In this document: piece by piece, positions 7,917-16,401 of the stretch
Position numbering within the stretch: position 1 is the first letter of the stretch
Layout: each line of letters opens with the position of its first letter
Assembly (NCBI GenBank): GCA_043764555.1
Contig: JAYUKJ010000441.1
Span: forward strand, 1 to 51,747
From: Saprospiraceae bacterium
Lineage (GTDB): Bacteria > Bacteroidota > Bacteroidia > Chitinophagales > Saprospiraceae
Reading direction: 5' to 3'
Length of the DNA stretch: 51,747 nucleotides
Made by a program: the position numbers and the translations under genes
The notes under the pieces: generated by a model
Seen by the model: only the letters and a program-made list of their open reading frames with translations
What the model was told of the DNA's origin: nothing
Databases searched by the model: none

Positions 7917-8837
7917 TTAATTCGGTTCAACATTAATGATTAACGGCTTAATATCCTTACATTCTTTAGTTGATTTTTTAGCATAAAAAGTCGTTGTTTG
8001 AGTCGGGGCAACGAGCAAATTCGTCATTGGATTTTTGTCATTATTGGCGTCCGACAGTGAGGCATAAAAAGCGATGGGATTGCCCATTTCGCGCGTCAAA
8101 TTATTGTGGTCGAAGGCAAAATGTTCGATAAAGACGGCTTCACCTTTGGCAATTGTTCGCGCCGCCGTAACGACGTTTGGCGCTGAAATGGAATCCAACG
8201 AAATCGGCGCTGAAATCGTTTTCGTCGTGTCTGTAACGACTTGACAATAATAGCTACCCGCCGTTTTTATCGTGTAATTTTGCTTTGTTGCGCCCGCAAT
8301 CGGCTCTCCGTCCCGAAACCATTGGTATTTAGCGTTGATTTGTTGCGCACCGACCATCAAATTCAGCTCGTTGCTGCACATGGTTATCGGCACATTTATC
8401 GTCGCGTTGTCCGAATCATCCTCCGATTTTAGGCTGTTATTGGGCGTCGAATCCGCATCAGGCTCGTTCATCGCCGCAATTTCCGAGTAGCAATAGACGA
8501 CGCCTTCCGTTTTTATTTCAATCGTTAAAGTCAAGCTAACGGAGTCCGTCGTGGCGGGAATTGTGCCGATATACCACATTCCTGCGGTCGGGTCGTAGGC
8601 ATTTGGCGCGTTGTTGGAGACGTAAATTGCGCCATTCGGAATCGGCACATTGACCTTTACACCCGTGATTTTAGTGCGTTTTTGATTGAAAATAGTGATT
8701 TTTATCGCCATTTTATCGGTTCGCTTCGCCGTTTTTTTTGGCGTTGATAGGCGCAGCGAAAGGTCATTTTGAGCAAAAATACTGAGGGGTCCTATGAGGA
8801 AGGCAAGTAATATAAATGAGCTATTTTTTTTAAACAT
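7917..8837 (-). CDS. Secreted hypothetical protein (beta-rich, possible DUF11-like and Ig-like modules)
   Basis: Signal peptide MFKKNSSFILLAFLIGPLSIFAQ and an uninterrupted 306-aa ORF. The domain guess rests on ...VKVNVPIPNGAIYVSN...LTLTIEIK and QWFRDGEPIAGATKQNYTIKTAGSYYCQV. Confidence 0.6.
   Translation of the reverse strand: MFKKNSSFILLAFLIGPLSIFAQNDLSLRLSTPKKTAKRTDKMAIKITIFNQKRTKITGVKVNVPIPNGAIYVSNNAPNAYDPTAGMWYIGTIPATTDSVSLTLTIEIKTEGVVYCYSEIAAMNEPDADSTPNNSLKSEDDSDNATINVPITMCSNELNLMVGAQQINAKYQWFRDGEPIAGATKQNYTIKTAGSYYCQVVTDTTKTISAPISLDSISAPNVVTAARTIAKGEAVFIEHFAFDHNNLTREMGNPIAFYASLSDANNDKNPMTNLLVAPTQTTTFYAKKSTKECKDIKPLIINVEPN
8779..8792 (-). repeat. Dispersed motif copy inside signal-peptide codons
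   Basis: ATACTGAGGGGTCC on the + strand, read on the minus strand as GPLSI just before FAQ. Confidence 0.85.
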
Positions 8838-9001
8838 CGCTGTGAATTTTAGAAGAACAGGTGAAGTAATGTGTTTATTTAAGTCAAATGATGTACCATA
8901 AAAACGGCTTTACATCTTATTGAATGCCACGGTACATTTCGCGCGGCTTAGTCCAATCAGTGGTCTATTTTTGAATTCGTACAGTAATCATATCTTATCG
9001 A

Positions 9002-9823
9002 TTATTTAGCTGCAAAAAACGTCGTTAAGGCTTCCCAATAATCCTTGTAGTCACTCAAATTATTATGTTTTCCGTTGGGAATTGTGGTCAAATGCGCGTT
9101 TTTATGCGACAAACCATCAAATAATTTTTTGGCAGAACTGTAAGGTACTACTTCGTCTTCGGTTCCGTGAAGTATCAAAATGGGGCAATCGACGTTCTGT
9201 AAATACTGAAAACTCGGCAATTTATAGGGCAATTTATGCTCAATTGAAAACAAAGAAAAATAGCTGCGCGCCAAGTCATTCATGCTGTGGTAAGGCGTTT
9301 CTAAAATCAATTTATCGGCTTCAACTTCCGACGCCAAACACGCCGCAATGCCCGTTCCCAACGACCGTCCATAGATGATGATTTCTTTTGGTGTGTATTG
9401 GGCTTTAACGTAATTGTAGCAAAACAAAGCGTCCTGATTCAAGGCATCTTCATTGCGTTTGCCGACGCTTTTTCCGTAGCCGCGATAGTCCATGACGAAG
9501 ACATCGTAATGGGAATAGTCACCTAATTCCGCCGCTATTTTGCTCCACCGTTGCAGGTTGTCCCGATTGCCGTGAAAATAGAGAATAATACCTTTAGGTT
9601 GTTTTGTTTTAAAGTGTAAAGCGTTGATTAACACGTCTTTTTCGGGATTTAGATTGATTTCTTCAAAGTCGTGATTGAATTGAAAAACGTAGTCGCTGCT
9701 CAATTTAGTAGGCTGAAAAAGGATGCGTTCGAGGATAAAATCCAGTTTTATCCAAGCAAAAAATAGGAGAATTGGCAGAACAATAAGGATGTTTACAAGC
9801 ACTTTTTTAAGTTTTCTTTTCAT
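9002..9823 (-). CDS. Alpha/beta hydrolase, Bem46/ABHD13-like, N-terminal membrane anchor
   Basis: GRSLGTG nucleophile elbow, HGTEDEVVP and GKHNN (Asp/His region), N-terminal TM segment. Confidence 0.8.
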   Translation of the reverse strand: MKRKLKKVLVNILIVLPILLFFAWIKLDFILERILFQPTKLSSDYVFQFNHDFEEINLNPEKDVLINALHFKTKQPKGIILYFHGNRDNLQRWSKIAAELGDYSHYDVFVMDYRGYGKSVGKRNEDALNQDALFCYNYVKAQYTPKEIIIYGRSLGTGIAACLASEVEADKLILETPYHSMNDLARSYFSLFSIEHKLPYKLPSFQYLQNVDCPILILHGTEDEVVPYSSAKKLFDGLSHKNAHLTTIPNGKHNNLSDYKDYWEALTTFFAAK

Positions 9824-9854
9824 TGTGTAATCAAAATTTTTGGTAAAAAACGCG

Positions 9855-9871
9855 TTTATACTGAGGGGGTC
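9855..9871 (-). repeat. Dispersed motif copy
   Basis: TTTATACTGAGGGGGTC, 32 nt upstream of the 9002-9823 gene start. Confidence 0.85.
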
Positions 9872-9905
9872 TTTATTTTGAATTTAAAATTAAAAATTAA
9901 CCCGT

Positions 9906-9947
9906 CATAACTCATAACTCATAACTCATAACTCATAACTCATAACT
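9906..9947. repeat. Heptamer microsatellite (CATAACT)x6
   Basis: Six perfect units. The last nt overlaps the stop codon of the upstream hydrolase gene, and the array lies ~85-125 nt upstream of the next gene start. Confidence 0.95.
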
Positions 9948-10828
9948 CACGCTTTTTTCTTACTGAATTCGATGCTGCTTTTTTCTTTGTCAATCACGAT
10001 TTTATCCTTCGTAAATATCTGGCTTAACGTCTCGTGATAGGACTCAAAATTGTGCATATCGTTGTGTCCAGCGCCAATAACGGCGTGCAATCGGGTGATT
10101 TTATCGTTAATTTTGGACAATTTGATGCTTGAGTTGAGTGGTATTAACTTGTCATTTGTTCCGTGAATAATGTGAATTGGACACTTAACGTATTTAATCC
10201 ATTTATAGGTCGGAATCGGAAATTTCAGCAGCCACGACATCGGCATAAAAGGCATATAACGCCCCGTCGTTTTGCTCAAACTGTAATACGGCGCGTCGAG
10301 AATCAGCATTCGCGGATTGTTCGTTGACGCCAATTTTGTTGCAAACCCCGAACCAAGCGAGCGACCGTACAAAACGATGTGTTTTTCGGACACATTTTCC
10401 TTGATTTTGTTGTACACCAATTGCAAATCATTGATAATTTCTTCTTGCGTCCGAATGCCCGTACTTTTGCCAAAGCCGCGATAATCGACCATAATCACGT
10501 CATAATTATAGCGCAAAAAATCAATCGCAAACTTGCCCCAACCCTTAATACTTCGGCTGTTGCCTTTCAAATAAAAGACCATGCCGATGGGTTTTTCGGA
10601 TTTGAAATGAATGCCCGACAGGACAACCCCGGGTTTGATGTCCATTTTATATTCATCGAAATTCAAATTTTCGTAATTAAATTGAAACTCCGACGACAGC
10701 TTTTCAGGTCGAAAAAGGATAACATCTTGCAAAAAATACACTAATACGCTGATAACAACGTAAATCGCCAACACCACCAAGAGTATTGTGCCAACGTGAT
10801 TGCGCGCCCATTCGACTATATTATTCAT
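9947..10828 (-). CDS. Alpha/beta hydrolase, paralog of 9002-9823
   Basis: GRSLGSG, HGTNDKLIP, GAGHND, N-terminal TM. Start trimmed to MNNIVEWARNH (ATG at 10828). The longer ORF extension is Arg-rich, crosses a motif copy and looks non-coding. Confidence 0.8.
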   Translation of the reverse strand: MNNIVEWARNHVGTILLVVLAIYVVISVLVYFLQDVILFRPEKLSSEFQFNYENLNFDEYKMDIKPGVVLSGIHFKSEKPIGMVFYLKGNSRSIKGWGKFAIDFLRYNYDVIMVDYRGFGKSTGIRTQEEIINDLQLVYNKIKENVSEKHIVLYGRSLGSGFATKLASTNNPRMLILDAPYYSLSKTTGRYMPFMPMSWLLKFPIPTYKWIKYVKCPIHIIHGTNDKLIPLNSSIKLSKINDKITRLHAVIGAGHNDMHNFESYHETLSQIFTKDKIVIDKEKSSIEFSKKKA

Positions 10829-11047
10829 TTTTTTCGCTTGTTGAGTGGTTAATAATTCTCGTGTAAAACTATCAAATCTTTTGTGAACGCCCGCTGAATA
10901 ATCACACGCGCATCTTCGGGCAAAATACCGATTAATCCGCCGCGAATGCGCTCGACATCTCTCTCGCCTTCCATCTCGGTGCGCATAAAAACGCCCCGTT
11001 TTGGGCTGCACAAATTCCCTAAAGCGCAAATATAGTCGTTTTTCGGG

Positions 11048-11064
11048 TTTATACTGAGGGGTCC
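11048..11064 (-). repeat. Dispersed motif, exact 17-mer (reverse)
   Basis: TTTATACTGAGGGGTCC, intergenic. Confidence 0.9.
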
Positions 11065-11078
11065 TTCGGGAAATAAAA

Positions 11079-11114
11079 ACGTCTTGGAAGGTGGCTTTCA
11101 AGACGTTTTTTTTT
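11079..11114 (-). terminator. Terminator downstream of the LRR-Roc-COR-TIR gene
   Basis: ACGTCTTG / CAAGACGT stem with T/A runs on both sides, 6 nt after the stop at 11120. Confidence 0.6.
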
Positions 11115-11119
11115 GATTA

Positions 11120-14100
11120 TTATAAAGGTTTTTGAACATCATTAATTACTTTTTCAATACTTTCAACAACTTCTAACCAAGCTGTATCTCTATCGGAAAA
11201 AGTACTAACAGCAACACCTTTTGCGGGTAGTGCTTGTTGCTTAGCAAAATCCAATTTAGTCCATTGACATGGTTTTAAAATAATGGGAATAACCCGTGCT
11301 TTTCCATTTTTACGTTGTTCTTCGGCAAGCGGAATTTCATGATTCCAAATATAATCGGTATTAATAAAATTGGCACTTACTAAAAAAAGGATAATATCTG
11401 CTTCTTTTAACTTTGCTTTAATAGTATCATCCCATAATTCACCACCAATAATATGCCTATCATCCCAATTTGACACAATATTGCGCCTTCTTAAAGGCGA
11501 AAGATGGGTTATTAATTCATCTTTGAGTTCTCTGTCTTTTTTAGAGTAAGAGATAAATATGGATAATGGTTTATTACGTCTCAACATATCTCCTTTTACT
11601 TCAATCTTCTCGACATTAATTGTCGTTATTACCTTGTCATCTACGATAAAATCCAAAAGTGTTAAAATACTTTTATTCACTTTAGCCTTTTGCCTCAACG
11701 CTTTTGAAAAGGATACATTATCAAAATGCTGCTTTATTTTAAGGGTAGATATTTCTGAATTTAGTAGAGCTATATTCTTTTTAAGTGACTCCTGATTATT
11801 TTCGTCTGCCCATTGTGAAACAATATTCACTGCTTCTATGGCTTTATCATTTCCAATTAAAGCACGAACTTTTACTTTGAGTTCATCGAGTGTCATTAAT
11901 ACTTCCATTTTTTGTTTTTGAGAAATGCCTTCAATGTCTAAATTGTACAATTTGGAGAATGATAAGTTTGAATTAACGTTTAAAAGATCTTTAAAATCTT
12001 CGACAAAGAAACGCTTACCGTCGTATGTGAAATTAGTTTCATCTTTATATTTTTCTAATTCTGTTAAAGGTATAAATGTTTTTCCATCAGTAGAAACGGT
12101 AATTTTAGAAGAAGTGTGGTGGTTATTTTTAAATTCATTACGAATAGTATCTAACCATAATTTACGTTTTTTTCCCTTTACTTCTATACGAATAGTTTTA
12201 TTTTTTTCATTGGCTACAATTAAAGCATCAACCTCTTGCCCTTCCAACCAAATACCATAACGCCACATTTGATTAACTTTAGAAAGACTACGAGCACTGA
12301 TAATGAAACTCTGAATAATACCATAGTAGAACCACGTATATTCAAGTTGTAAAAAAATACTATCTTTATTGTCTTTAAAAATACGTAAAACTGGAGGAGG
12401 AGCAGTTTCTGACATTAAAGAAGGGGCAACCCATATTTTTTTATCAAAATCTCCTTGACCAGACTCTGACTCAAAACAAATTCCACATTGCTGCATATAT
12501 TGAATAAAATATTGCTTTTCTTCCAAAGTATAATCCATCCATTTTTCATTCAATTCATTTAAAGAAAAACGACCATCTCCTTTGCTAACGATTTTGTAGA
12601 AAATACTATTTCTATCAAAAAGTGTGTAAACTGCGTCAATCAACCATTCTTGGTCTAATATAATTTGTCCATTAAAAAGCTTTGCATCATAGAAAAAGAC
12701 ACCTGTTTCATGCAAATAATCTAAAAGAGTTAATTTAGAATCGTTATCCAAGTCGTAATGATTACAAAAAGCAAAAAAAACTTCAAGACCTAATTGTTTT
12801 AAACCAGAATTATCTCCTTGCTCTTTATTTTTATTATTAAGTTGTTGTAATTGGTGTATCATATGGCGCACGCTGTGCCAAGATTGAGGAATTAGTGGCT
12901 GTTCTTTTATCGTTTTTTTAGCAAAACCTACCAACTCTTCTTTCAAATAATTAATCCCACGTCCTGTTTTTGAATCAATATGAAATGAATCAAGTAGATT
13001 AAAAACCTTTTTCCACTCTTGATACTGAGGGGGTATCTCTTTTTCATTGCCTTCCTTTTCAATTTTGGATTGGACAAGAAAGATAGGTGACTTTGGATTC
13101 AATTGCTTGATATAAGATAACCAATAGACTTGATCATAATTTATAAACACGTGTTTTTCATTAGTTTCAGGGTTTATTCCAAAAGCTTCATGTTGATTAT
13201 TATTTTCTATATCCCAAACTAAAACAGTTACAGCCTCTGTTTTTAAAAATAAACGATGTGTTTCATGAAACAAATGTTGACCACCGAAATCCCAAATATT
13301 AAAAAGAATATCAGGGTCAGCTTTCCATGCTTTTAAGTAAACTGCGTGTGTTGTTTTCTGTGCCTCATCAAATTCTTCGCCTTGCAAGACACGCATTAAA
13401 CTTGTTTTACCTGCTCGACCATTGCCAACAAAAACAACTTTCAGCGTATCATTGATATGGCTTCCTTTTTTTAAGTCTTTGAAGTAATTGTAAAGATTAA
13501 AACAACAATTTTCCGAAGACTTGTCGTATATCTTTTTAGGTATATTTTTGATTGGATTACCACTTAAAAACAATATTTGCAGGTCTTTTAAATAATCAAA
13601 GATATTACTCGGAAAGTTTGTGATTTTATTGCTGTCTAATGATAGATGATTTAAATGAGGTAAGAATTTTAAAAAGGAGACATCAACTATCTTATTATAA
13701 ACCAACACCAGTCGAGTTAATTTAGTGAAATTTTTCAAAAATGAAGCATCAACAAGGTCAGTATAGCCAAGATTTAACTTAGTTAAATTTGTTAATGATA
13801 ACAAAGGAGTGAAGTCTTTAATTTTATTAACACGCAAGTCAATATCTTCTAATTGGGGAGAATCTTTTAAAAATGAAATATCTTCAATATGATTATCCCA
13901 TAAATTTAAAGTCTTTAATTCTGTTAAATATTTTAAATGGGAAAAATCTTTAAGTCTATTATCCCATAAATTTAATTTTTGTATTTTAGGCAAATGCTCA
14001 AATACAGAAATATCGCTAATTTTATTTCTGCCTAAATCTAATTCTTTTAGGTTCTTTAATGAGCCTAACCAATCAATATTCTCAATTTCATTTTGTTCCA

Positions 14101-14638
14101 AATTTAGATAAGTCAGGTTTGGTAAATCTTTTAAAAATGAAATATCTTTAATTTCATTTACACTCAAATCTAAATGGCTTAGTTGTTTTATTTTTTGCAA
14201 AAAAGAATAATCTTTTGTTTTGTGATTACCTAAAATTAACCTATATAGATTTTGTGTATTACCTAAAAAGCTATAATCCTTAATTGGGTTATACCTCAAA
14301 TCTAAGACTTCTAACTGTGGTAAATCATTTATAAAAGAATAGTCTTCAATTACACTACAACCTATGTCTAAAATTTTCAAATTTCTCAACTCTTTAAAAA
14401 AGGAAAAATCCTTAATTTGACTGTAACGAATATCTAAGTACGTTAGACTATGCAAGTTTTTTAGATTTGAGTAATCTTGAATCTTTGATTTAGACAGATT
14501 TAGTTGATTTAAATAGCGTAATTCAACAATTTCGTCAGGTATTTTTCCAAGTGTTAGTTGGGATAGATTTAGTTCTTTAGCATTGTTTTCTTTGGCATTT
14601 TTAATAAGAACAAGCGCTTTTTGATAATCAGCAGTCAT
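11120..14638 (-). CDS. LRR - Roc (Ras-like GTPase) - COR - coiled coil - TIR multidomain protein (ROCO family with C-terminal TIR)
   Basis: aa ~20-370: ~15 repeats of 22 aa (LxxLxxLDLxxNxIxDxSFL). aa ~400-560: P-loop VVFVGNGRAGKTS, WDFGGQ (DxxG), SKIE. aa 1023-1172: TIR-like SIFISYSKKDRELKDEL...ADIILFLVSANFINTDYIWNHEIPLA with the conserved Glu (E1101, nt 11336-11338). Confidence 0.85.
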   Translation of the reverse strand: MTADYQKALVLIKNAKENNAKELNLSQLTLGKIPDEIVELRYLNQLNLSKSKIQDYSNLKNLHSLTYLDIRYSQIKDFSFFKELRNLKILDIGCSVIEDYSFINDLPQLEVLDLRYNPIKDYSFLGNTQNLYRLILGNHKTKDYSFLQKIKQLSHLDLSVNEIKDISFLKDLPNLTYLNLEQNEIENIDWLGSLKNLKELDLGRNKISDISVFEHLPKIQKLNLWDNRLKDFSHLKYLTELKTLNLWDNHIEDISFLKDSPQLEDIDLRVNKIKDFTPLLSLTNLTKLNLGYTDLVDASFLKNFTKLTRLVLVYNKIVDVSFLKFLPHLNHLSLDSNKITNFPSNIFDYLKDLQILFLSGNPIKNIPKKIYDKSSENCCFNLYNYFKDLKKGSHINDTLKVVFVGNGRAGKTSLMRVLQGEEFDEAQKTTHAVYLKAWKADPDILFNIWDFGGQHLFHETHRLFLKTEAVTVLVWDIENNNQHEAFGINPETNEKHVFINYDQVYWLSYIKQLNPKSPIFLVQSKIEKEGNEKEIPPQYQEWKKVFNLLDSFHIDSKTGRGINYLKEELVGFAKKTIKEQPLIPQSWHSVRHMIHQLQQLNNKNKEQGDNSGLKQLGLEVFFAFCNHYDLDNDSKLTLLDYLHETGVFFYDAKLFNGQIILDQEWLIDAVYTLFDRNSIFYKIVSKGDGRFSLNELNEKWMDYTLEEKQYFIQYMQQCGICFESESGQGDFDKKIWVAPSLMSETAPPPVLRIFKDNKDSIFLQLEYTWFYYGIIQSFIISARSLSKVNQMWRYGIWLEGQEVDALIVANEKNKTIRIEVKGKKRKLWLDTIRNEFKNNHHTSSKITVSTDGKTFIPLTELEKYKDETNFTYDGKRFFVEDFKDLLNVNSNLSFSKLYNLDIEGISQKQKMEVLMTLDELKVKVRALIGNDKAIEAVNIVSQWADENNQESLKKNIALLNSEISTLKIKQHFDNVSFSKALRQKAKVNKSILTLLDFIVDDKVITTINVEKIEVKGDMLRRNKPLSIFISYSKKDRELKDELITHLSPLRRRNIVSNWDDRHIIGGELWDDTIKAKLKEADIILFLVSANFINTDYIWNHEIPLAEEQRKNGKARVIPIILKPCQWTKLDFAKQQALPAKGVAVSTFSDRDTAWLEVVESIEKVINDVQKPL
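13022..13035 (-). repeat. Dispersed motif copy inside the ROCO-TIR CDS
   Basis: ATACTGAGGGGGTA on the + strand, read on the minus strand as IPPQYQ. Confidence 0.8.
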
Positions 14639-14762
14639 GAAGGAAAAGATAGATTTTAAGAATGAGTTACAGAAAAAGGGTGTTGAAATTGATAAAAGAA
14701 TGCGCCTGTTTGTTTTCTGTTAGGTATCTATTTCGTCGCCAAGATATTACCATTTTTTAGGT

Positions 14763-14779
14763 TTTATACTGAGGAGTCC
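14763..14779 (-). repeat. Dispersed motif copy, GGAG variant
   Basis: TTTATACTGAGGAGTCC, intergenic. Confidence 0.8.
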
Positions 14780-14854
14780 TCTTTTTTCAAAAAAAGGCAA
14801 GACTTCTACGGCTTTCGCAGCCAAACGGTTGTCAAACGGCGGTAGGCATCGCTA

Positions 14855-14887
14855 AACGTCGGCGAGGTTTGAAACCTCGCCGACGTT
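14855..14887. repeat. Palindromic hairpin element (15-bp stem AACGTCGGCGAGGTT), copy 1 of 2
   Basis: Perfect 15-bp arms with a 3-nt loop. The same stem sequence recurs at 37540-37572. Confidence 0.9.
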
Positions 14888-14912
14888 ATAATCGGTCGCC
14901 CGCCGAAAAAAA

Positions 14913-14929
14913 GGACCCCTCAGTATAAA
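14913..14929 (+). repeat. Dispersed motif, exact 17-mer
   Basis: GGACCCCTCAGTATAAA, intergenic. Confidence 0.9.
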
Positions 14930-15022
14930 CCCCTAAAAACGCTTGTATTTCAGAAAAAACGACTTACTTTTGTCAAAAAATAAAGCAATACTCCTTATGT
15001 TTAAAATCTAAAAACGATTATA

Positions 15023-15265
15023 ATGGTAGAATTAATTCTTAAATTACCATCACTTAGTGTTCTTGATAAATTATTGCCGCACTTGGAGCGATTAAAAATT
15101 TCTTACCAAACGAGAACTATCGAGCCGCCTGTGGCTGATGTTACAAAGCAAGAGGCTGTGTTCGCAAAAATAAATGCGGGTGTCCTTTCTTTCCCTAACT
15201 TAGAGGAAACAATGCGCGACTTTGAAGAAAGCCGACAGGATAATATATTGTTTGGACGCGACTAA
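15023..15265 (+). CDS. Small hypothetical protein, possible antitoxin of a decayed VapBC-like pair
   Basis: 80-aa ORF directly upstream of a truncated PIN-domain start. No recognisable motif of its own. Confidence 0.3.
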   Translation: MVELILKLPSLSVLDKLLPHLERLKISYQTRTIEPPVADVTKQEAVFAKINAGVLSFPNLEETMRDFEESRQDNILFGRD

Positions 15266-15301
15266 TTATTTCATAAATCAATTAAAAACAACACTTTATC
15301 T

Positions 15302-15349
15302 ATGAAAATTTTAGATAGTAACATCGTTATTTATACTACTCAGGTATAG
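15302..15349 (+). pseudogene. Truncated PIN-domain (VapC-like) toxin remnant, 15 codons
   Basis: MKILDSNIVIYTTQV then stop. (L/I)LD(S/T)N(I/V)xIY is the canonical PIN N-terminus containing the first catalytic Asp. Confidence 0.5.
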
Positions 15350-15388
15350 CTTTGTGAGCAATCTTTAAAATAGGGAAAACAAAAAACG

Positions 15389-15508
15389 ATGCATCAAGAA
15401 AGTCAAAATATAGAATGGAAAGAATCTTGGCGAGATGAATATCTCAAATGGATTTGCGGCTTTGCCGAAGGTGGCGGTAAATTAGGCGTTTGGGAAGTTA
15501 AATCATAA
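15389..15508 (+). pseudogene. N-terminal fragment of an AlbA_2 / Schlafen-like ATP-binding regulator gene
   Basis: MHQESQNIEWKESWRDEYLKWICGFAEGGGKLGVW then stop. ESxxxE(F/W)KESW..D.LK.ICAFAN..GG.L.IG is the hallmark start of AlbA_2-domain proteins, which are normally >400 aa. Confidence 0.55.
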
Positions 15509-15578
15509 ACGAAATCAAAAAAGAAGACTCATAGGTATAAACTCCAAAAAACATCTAAAATTGAATCGAAAGTTTTTT

Positions 15579-15609
15579 TTTGTGTTTTTACAAAAAAGGA
15601 ATAGATTTG
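15579..15609 (+). promoter_or_regulatory. Bacteroidota-type promoter (-33 TTTG, 19-nt spacer, -7 TAGATTTG)
   Basis: Exact match to the TTTG-N19-21-TAnnTTTG consensus, 43 nt upstream of the ATG at 15652. Confidence 0.45.
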
Positions 15610-15651
15610 CAGTCATTAATTGAGAATAACTGACTAAAACAACACACCCTA

Positions 15652-15843
15652 ATGAGTCAAGAAGAGCGTAAAAAAGAGGAACATTATTTAGAAATTCTTT
15701 ACCAATCGCTGCATATCACTACTATTTATGAAGACGATTTTCTAAAGAATTTTCGAGGAAGTCGGAGAACATTATTTGCCTACCGCGATGAAATATTAGA
15801 TAAAATCAACAATAAACGGCGTGTACTTGGGCTAATTATCTAA
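15652..15843 (+). CDS. Small hypothetical protein (63 aa)
   Basis: ORF preceded by a consensus promoter box. No recognisable domain. Confidence 0.35.
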   Translation: MSQEERKKEEHYLEILYQSLHITTIYEDDFLKNFRGSRRTLFAYRDEILDKINNKRRVLGLII

Positions 15844-15855
15844 AAAAATAAAACA

Positions 15856-16125
15856 ATGAAAAAAGTAAATCATAACGCTTTCGTTACAAAATATCAAGCT
15901 GCCGAAACAGCCGAGGCAAAACAGCAGTTGCTCAAAAATTTCATGTTGAGCCTTTCATTTGAAGAGTTGTTAGATTGGAATAATTTCCTTTCTGACAATA
16001 TAGATGTGCTGATTCAAAAAAACATCAAAGAGGGTTTGACAAAAGAAGATAAAGAGTTTTATCGCCAACAATTCGCTCGTTTTGATAATTTATCTGAACA
16101 AATTCAGCAAAAAGCAATGGCTTAA
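15856..16125 (+). CDS. Small hypothetical protein (89 aa)
   Basis: ORF 12 nt after the previous one, followed by a motif copy and a terminator. Confidence 0.4.
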   Translation: MKKVNHNAFVTKYQAAETAEAKQQLLKNFMLSLSFEELLDWNNFLSDNIDVLIQKNIKEGLTKEDKEFYRQQFARFDNLSEQIQQKAMA

Positions 16126-16136
16126 TTTTAAAACGA

Positions 16137-16152
16137 GACCCCTCAGTATAAA
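16137..16152 (+). repeat. Dispersed motif copy
   Basis: GACCCCTCAGTATAAA, 11 nt after a stop codon and 8 nt before a terminator hairpin. Confidence 0.9.
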
Positions 16153-16159
16153 CCCCCAA

Positions 16160-16195
16160 AAAACGCTTACAAACGCTTGTTTGTAAGCGTTTTTA
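16160..16195 (+). terminator. Rho-independent terminator
   Basis: 15-bp stem AAAACGCTTACAAAC / GTTTGTAAGCGTTTT with a 4-nt loop and T-run. Confidence 0.8.
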
Positions 16196-16401
16196 CTACC
16201 CAAACTTTTGTGGGTACTATTATTGATACCCAAAAGGACGCAGCTTTTCCATCACTCAAGACTTATTCGTTAAAAAAACACTATCAAAAATACCCATTTG
16301 AGAGCGTAGCCATCTTTGGCATTATGACTATCTTTGCACCTTATTTTGGGCAATAACATAAAAAGAGAAACAAACATTGCCGCTTTAAAACGTACTTAAT
16401 C

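Noticed and set aside
10829-11101. 91-codon N-terminal extension of the 9947-11101 ORF
   Set aside because: The extension is Arg/Cys-rich, crosses a motif copy (RTPQYK) and precedes a normal Met plus TM-anchor start homologous to the neighbouring paralog. The start was therefore moved to 10828.
14763-14929. Reverse-then-forward motif pair around the 14855 hairpin as a single MITE
   Set aside because: The termini face outward (tail-to-tail), opposite to all other paired elements. This is more simply explained as two solo copies flanking a separate hairpin module.
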